Shown piece after piece: positions 60,015 to 64,000 of a stretch of 64,000 nucleotides of DNA (its first letter is position 1; each line of letters opens with the position of its first letter). The notes under the pieces were generated by a model, which saw only the letters and a list, made by a program, of their open reading frames with translations, was not told the origin of the DNA and searched no databases. Made by a program: the position numbers and the translations under genes. The DNA is from an uncultured Gemmatimonadaceae bacterium (GTDB lineage Bacteria; Gemmatimonadota; Gemmatimonadetes; Gemmatimonadales; Gemmatimonadaceae). The stretch is from NCBI GenBank assembly GCA_963822945.1, contig CAWGJO010000026.1:32001-96000 (forward strand). The letters are read 5' to 3'.

Positions 60015-63000
60015 CGCGTGAGCAGGGAAGGGTGAACGGGAGCGAGCGGCCGCCCGTTCGCCCCTCCCTCTCTACGGTCTGGCCTTCCTCATTCAGCACG
60101 TCGCGCACTTTGACCAGAAACACGTTGTGCGTGAACGGCTTCTGCAGGAACCACACCTTGCGCGCGGCCAGGCCGTGCTCCACCACGGCTTCGTCGGTGT
60201 AGCCGGAGACGAAGAGCACGCGGGCTTCGGGATGGCGGGCGTTCACCGCCAGCGCGAGCTCGGGCCCGCTCATGCCTGCCATCACCACGTCGGTCACCAG
60301 CAGGTGGATCGGGTCGGCGTGCGCCGTGGCCAGCGCCAGCGCCTCCTCGCCGCTGGCCGCGGCGAGGACGGTGTAGCCGCGGCTCGTCAGCACCCGGGTG
60401 AGCAGGGCGCGGATCCCAGGCTCGTCCTCGGCCACCAGCACCGTCTCCGCTCCGTCCAACTCGGTGCGGCGTGCGCCCGGCGGTGCCGGTGCCCGCGGGG
60501 CGTCTTCCACGCCGGGCAGGTAGATCTTGAACGTGGTGCCCTGGCCGACTTCGCTGTACACCCACACGAAGCCGCCCAGCTGCTTCACGATGCCGTACAC
60601 CGTGGCCAGTCCCAGTCCGGTGCCCTTGTCGCGGGCCTTGGTCGTGAAGAAGGGCTCGAAGAGGTGCTCCTTCACCTCGGGTGGCATGCCCTCGCCGGTG
60701 TCGCTCACCGCGATCATGACGTACGGACCGGCGGGCATCGCGGCCTGCCGTTCGCGGACGGGCTCCGCGAAATCCAGATGCGTGGTCTCGATCGTGAGCG
60801 TTCCCCCGTCGGGCATCGCGTCGCGGGCGTTCACGGCGAGGTTCATGAGCACCTGTTCCAGCTGCCCGGCGTCGGCTCGTACGATGTCGGGGTCCGCCGT
60901 CGGCACCACGCGGATCTGCACATCCTCGCCCAGCACGCGGCTCAGCAGCCGTTCCACGCCGGCCACGAGCTGATTGATGCTCATCGGATGCATGCTCAAC
61001 ACCTGGCGCCGGCTGAACGCCAGGAGCTGCCGTGTCAGCTCGGCGCCGCGTTGCGCGCTCCGATAGATGTCCTGCAGTTCGGCGTGGACCGCGCCGTCGG
61101 CGGCCTCGCTGTCGAGCAGGAGTTCGGTGGTCGTGAGAATGACGGTGAGCAGATTGTTGAAGTCGTGCGCGATGCCGCCCGCCAGCCGTCCGATCGCCTC
61201 CATCTTCTGCGATTGGTGGAACTGGGCTTCCAGGCGCAGGCGCTCGGTCACGTCCTCGATCATCGTTTCGATATACGGCTCGCTGCGCTCGGAGTCGCGA
61301 ACCAGCCGTGCACTGAACCGCACCGTGATCACCTGACCGTCGCGCCGCCGCCACTGGATCGAGTCGCGTCGCGCGTACCCGGTGGCCTGAACATCGCGCA
61401 GGCTCGATTCGCGGTCGGCCGGGTTCACGTAGACGTCGAGCATGTTCTGGCCGGGCAGCTCAGCGGGGCTCGCCACGCCGAGCATCCGCGCCAGCGCGGG
61501 GTTCGCGTCGAGAATCCGTCCGTCGAGCGTGGTGAGCTCGATGCCGTACGGAGCCTCCTGGATCAGGTGGCGGTAGCGCTCCTCGGACCGCTGGAGCGCC
61601 TCGGCGGCGCGGCTGCGGTCGGTGATGTCGGTCGCGAGCGCGAGCACCGCCGGCCGGCCGTTGAACTGCAGGGTGTGCGCCACGATCTCAACCGTGATCG
61701 GAGTACCGTCCTTCAGGAAGTGGCGCCACACGCCATGCGGCTGCGGCCGCTCCCCCATGGCGTCGATGGCTGATTCCAGGCGCGCGACGTCCTCCGGCGG
61801 CCGGATGTCACGCAACGTCATCGCGAGAAATTCCTCGCGGCTGTACCCGTAGTGCTCCACTGCGGCAGTGTTCACGGCCAGGAACTGCAACGTCTCGGCG
61901 TCGACGACGTACAGTGGGGTGGGGACCGATTCGAACAGGTTGCGGTAGAGCTGCTCGGAGACGACCGCGTGGTCCAACGCCTGCTCGATCCGGGTCCGCA
62001 TCGCGTCGAAGGCATGGGCGAGTCGCGACAACTCGTCTCCGTCGCCGTCCACTTTCGGTTCCGCTCCCGCCCGCTCGGCGCCCATGGATTCGGCGGCCGA
62101 GGTGAGACGTCCCAATCGCCTGGTGAACCGCCGGCTCAGCAACCACGCGCCCACCAGTCCCAGGAGCAGCGTCAAGGCATTCACGAACAGCAGCCGGTGC
62201 ACATCCTGGAGCGCCGGCGCGAGCACCGAATCGGCGGGGAATGCGACGACCACGGACCACGGCGTTTGAGCAACCTCGTGGGCCACGGCGAGCATCTCGC
62301 CGGCGCCCGGGTGCACGAAATTCTGGAGCACCACGGGCGTCGAGGGGCGGACCGGCGGCGGGCGCGCCGCCGAGTGGAGGTCGGTCCACACGCTGTCGTC
62401 GGTGTTGCCGACGAACAGCTGACCGCCGGCGCCGACGAGCAGGGCCAACTGACGCCACGATGTGGGCGGCGGCAGGACCGGGCGCCATTGCACCAGGTAC
62501 CCGATCACGCGCCGGCCTTCCGTCATCCGCATCGCCACGGGAATGAACGGCGTCGAGCCCTGGAGTTGCAGGCGTCCGACCACTGCGGAGTCGGTGCCCG
62601 CCGCCCGCTGTCGCAGCGCGTCGCTGAAGGTCAGGGCCGCATCGGTGTCGTTCCCGGGAACGGTGGTGACCACGCGTCCCGATACGTCCCGCAGTTGAAT
62701 GATCGACGTCGGCGAGATCAGGCGCAGCCGGTCCACCGCGTCGGCAACCAACGCCGGAACGCGCGTGGAACGGGTCCGAAGCAATCGTGCAGCGCGGGAG
62801 CCTGCGCGAGCGAGGCCATGTGCGCCGTGTACTCCTCGCGCGACAACTCCAGCATGTCCGCGAATTCGTTGGCGACCTGGGTGAGGCGATCCGCGGCGTG
62901 CGCGCGATCGGCCGACACCCGCGTGCGGTAATCGCCCCACGTATTGATGGCGACCACCAACGCGATCAAGGCGCCGATGAACAGCGGCAGCTTGACGGAG

Positions 63001-63065
63001 ATCGATGTGCGCAGCAGCGGGCCCTGGACGGCCGCCGCGGTCGGTTCGTGAGGGGTAACGGACAC
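59920..63065 (-). CDS. Hybrid kinase: TM-HAMP-PAS-PAS-HisKA-HATPase-REC (frameshift near 62780)
   Basis: [31 protein letters not shown] and REC domain; N-terminal TM part is in another frame; the true stop may be the TAG at 60072-60074. Confidence 0.85.
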
Positions 63066-63102
63066 TGCCCCAATCTTGAGGAATGAACCAGATGATGCGC
63101 AA

Positions 63103-63135
63103 GCAGGGTCTCCCGGACAAGCGGGGAGACCCTGC
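63103..63135. terminator. 12-bp hairpin downstream of the prolyl oligopeptidase
   Basis: GCAGGGTCTCCC...GGGAGACCCTGC. Confidence 0.5.
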
Positions 63136-63176
63136 CGGCGCGGAGCCTTGCATCAATAATGTGTTTGCCGATTCCT

Positions 63177-64000
63177 CTATCTCATCCCGGTCTCCCACCC
63201 GGTGAACGCCCAGACGTCCGCCAACTGCGCGATCCGCTTGTCGGTGGGCATGTACCCGTGGCTCGTCTTCGTCTCCACGCGGATCAGAATGGGCCGGTTG
63301 CAGCTCTGCGCCGCCTGCATCGCCGCCGTGAACTTGAACGAGTGGCCCGGCACCACCCGGTCGTCGTGATCGGCCGTGGTGACGATCGTGGCCGGATAGC
63401 AGGTGCCCGGCTTGGCGTTGTGCACCGGGGAGAACTTGATCAGGTACTTGAACTGGTCGGGATTGTCCGACGACCCGTATTCCGGCACCCAGCCGATGCC
63501 GGCGCTGAACTTCTGATAGCGCAGCATGTCCATGACGCCGGCGCCCGGGTAGGCGGCCGCGAACAGTTCCGGGTGCTGCTCCTCCGTGGCGCCCACCAGC
63601 AGCCCGCCGTTGGAATACCCGTGGATGGCCAGGTGCTTGGGCGACGTGTACTTGTGCGCGATGAGGTACTTGGCCGCCCATGCGAAATCGTCGAATACGT
63701 TCTGCTTCTTGCCCAGCCGGCCGGCATGGTGCCAGGCCTCCCCGTACTCGCTGCCACCTCGGATGTTGGCCACGGCGTAGATGCCGCCGTGTTCCAGCCA
63801 CACGGCCACGGTCGGGCTGTAGGAGGGAAGGGTGGCGATGTCGAATCCGCCGTACGCGTAGAGGATCGTGGGGTGCGAGCCGTCGAGCGTGGTGCCCTTC
63901 TTCATCGTGATGAACATCGGCACGCGTGTGCCGTCCTTCGAACGATAGAACACCTGCTTCGTCTCGTACGGCGACGCGTCGAACAGCGTCTTCCGCGCCA
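63177..64000 (-). CDS. Prolyl oligopeptidase S9A (5' end outside window)
   Basis: YGGF, RGGSEYG, GYSNGG, DHDDRV and SHG triad. Confidence 0.93.
   Translation of the reverse strand, partial: ARKTLFDASPYETKQVFYRSKDGTRVPMFITMKKGTTLDGSHPTILYAYGGFDIATLPSYSPTVAVWLEHGGIYAVANIRGGSEYGEAWHHAGRLGKKQNVFDDFAWAAKYLIAHKYTSPKHLAIHGYSNGGLLVGATEEQHPELFAAAYPGAGVMDMLRYQKFSAGIGWVPEYGSSDNPDQFKYLIKFSPVHNAKPGTCYPATIVTTADHDDRVVPGHSFKFTAAMQAAQSCNRPILIRVETKTSHGYMPTDKRIAQLADVWAFTGWETGMR

Noticed and set aside
59920..63801. 1293-aa ORF as a peptidase-kinase fusion
   Set aside because: Its 5' part is an off-frame read through the peptidase and intergenic DNA; the kinase N-terminus is in another frame

Overview
A gene-dense, GC-rich (roughly 70%) bacterial chromosomal segment. 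A PadR/duplicated-permease pair, many secreted peptidases and amidohydrolases, and Gly/Arg-rich linkers suggest Gemmatimonadota; this is inference only. It holds about 55 CDSs and one tRNA-Pro(GGG). I saw no rRNA, CRISPR array, transposase, integrase or phage genes. Recognisable genes include hemQ/chdC, def, glk, a ClC channel, MscS, a blue-copper lipoprotein, MocR and PadR regulators, S9/S10 peptidases, a membrane-anchored MutS-like ATPase, DUF969/DUF979/DUF2891, a MacAB-type exporter with a sigma-54 two-component system, CYTH proteins, an ABC1/UbiB kinase and a hybrid PAS kinase. At least six genes are frameshifted, mostly within 14.1-19.1 kb, which most likely reflects assembly indels. Main leads: (1) a translationally coupled five-gene lipid operon (PimA-like GT4, two acyltransferases, PlcP/LpxH-like phosphoesterase, DedA); (2) 5' leaders whose hairpin loop is complementary to the Shine-Dalgarno, best seen upstream of the YeaQ/YmgE gene; (3) an 8-bp CTGTCCGA repeat at two loci, where loss of one unit would fuse DUF969 to DUF979; (4) a sigma-54 promoter with a candidate tandem enhancer; (5) a shared ECF-type promoter motif upstream of two unknown membrane-protein genes.
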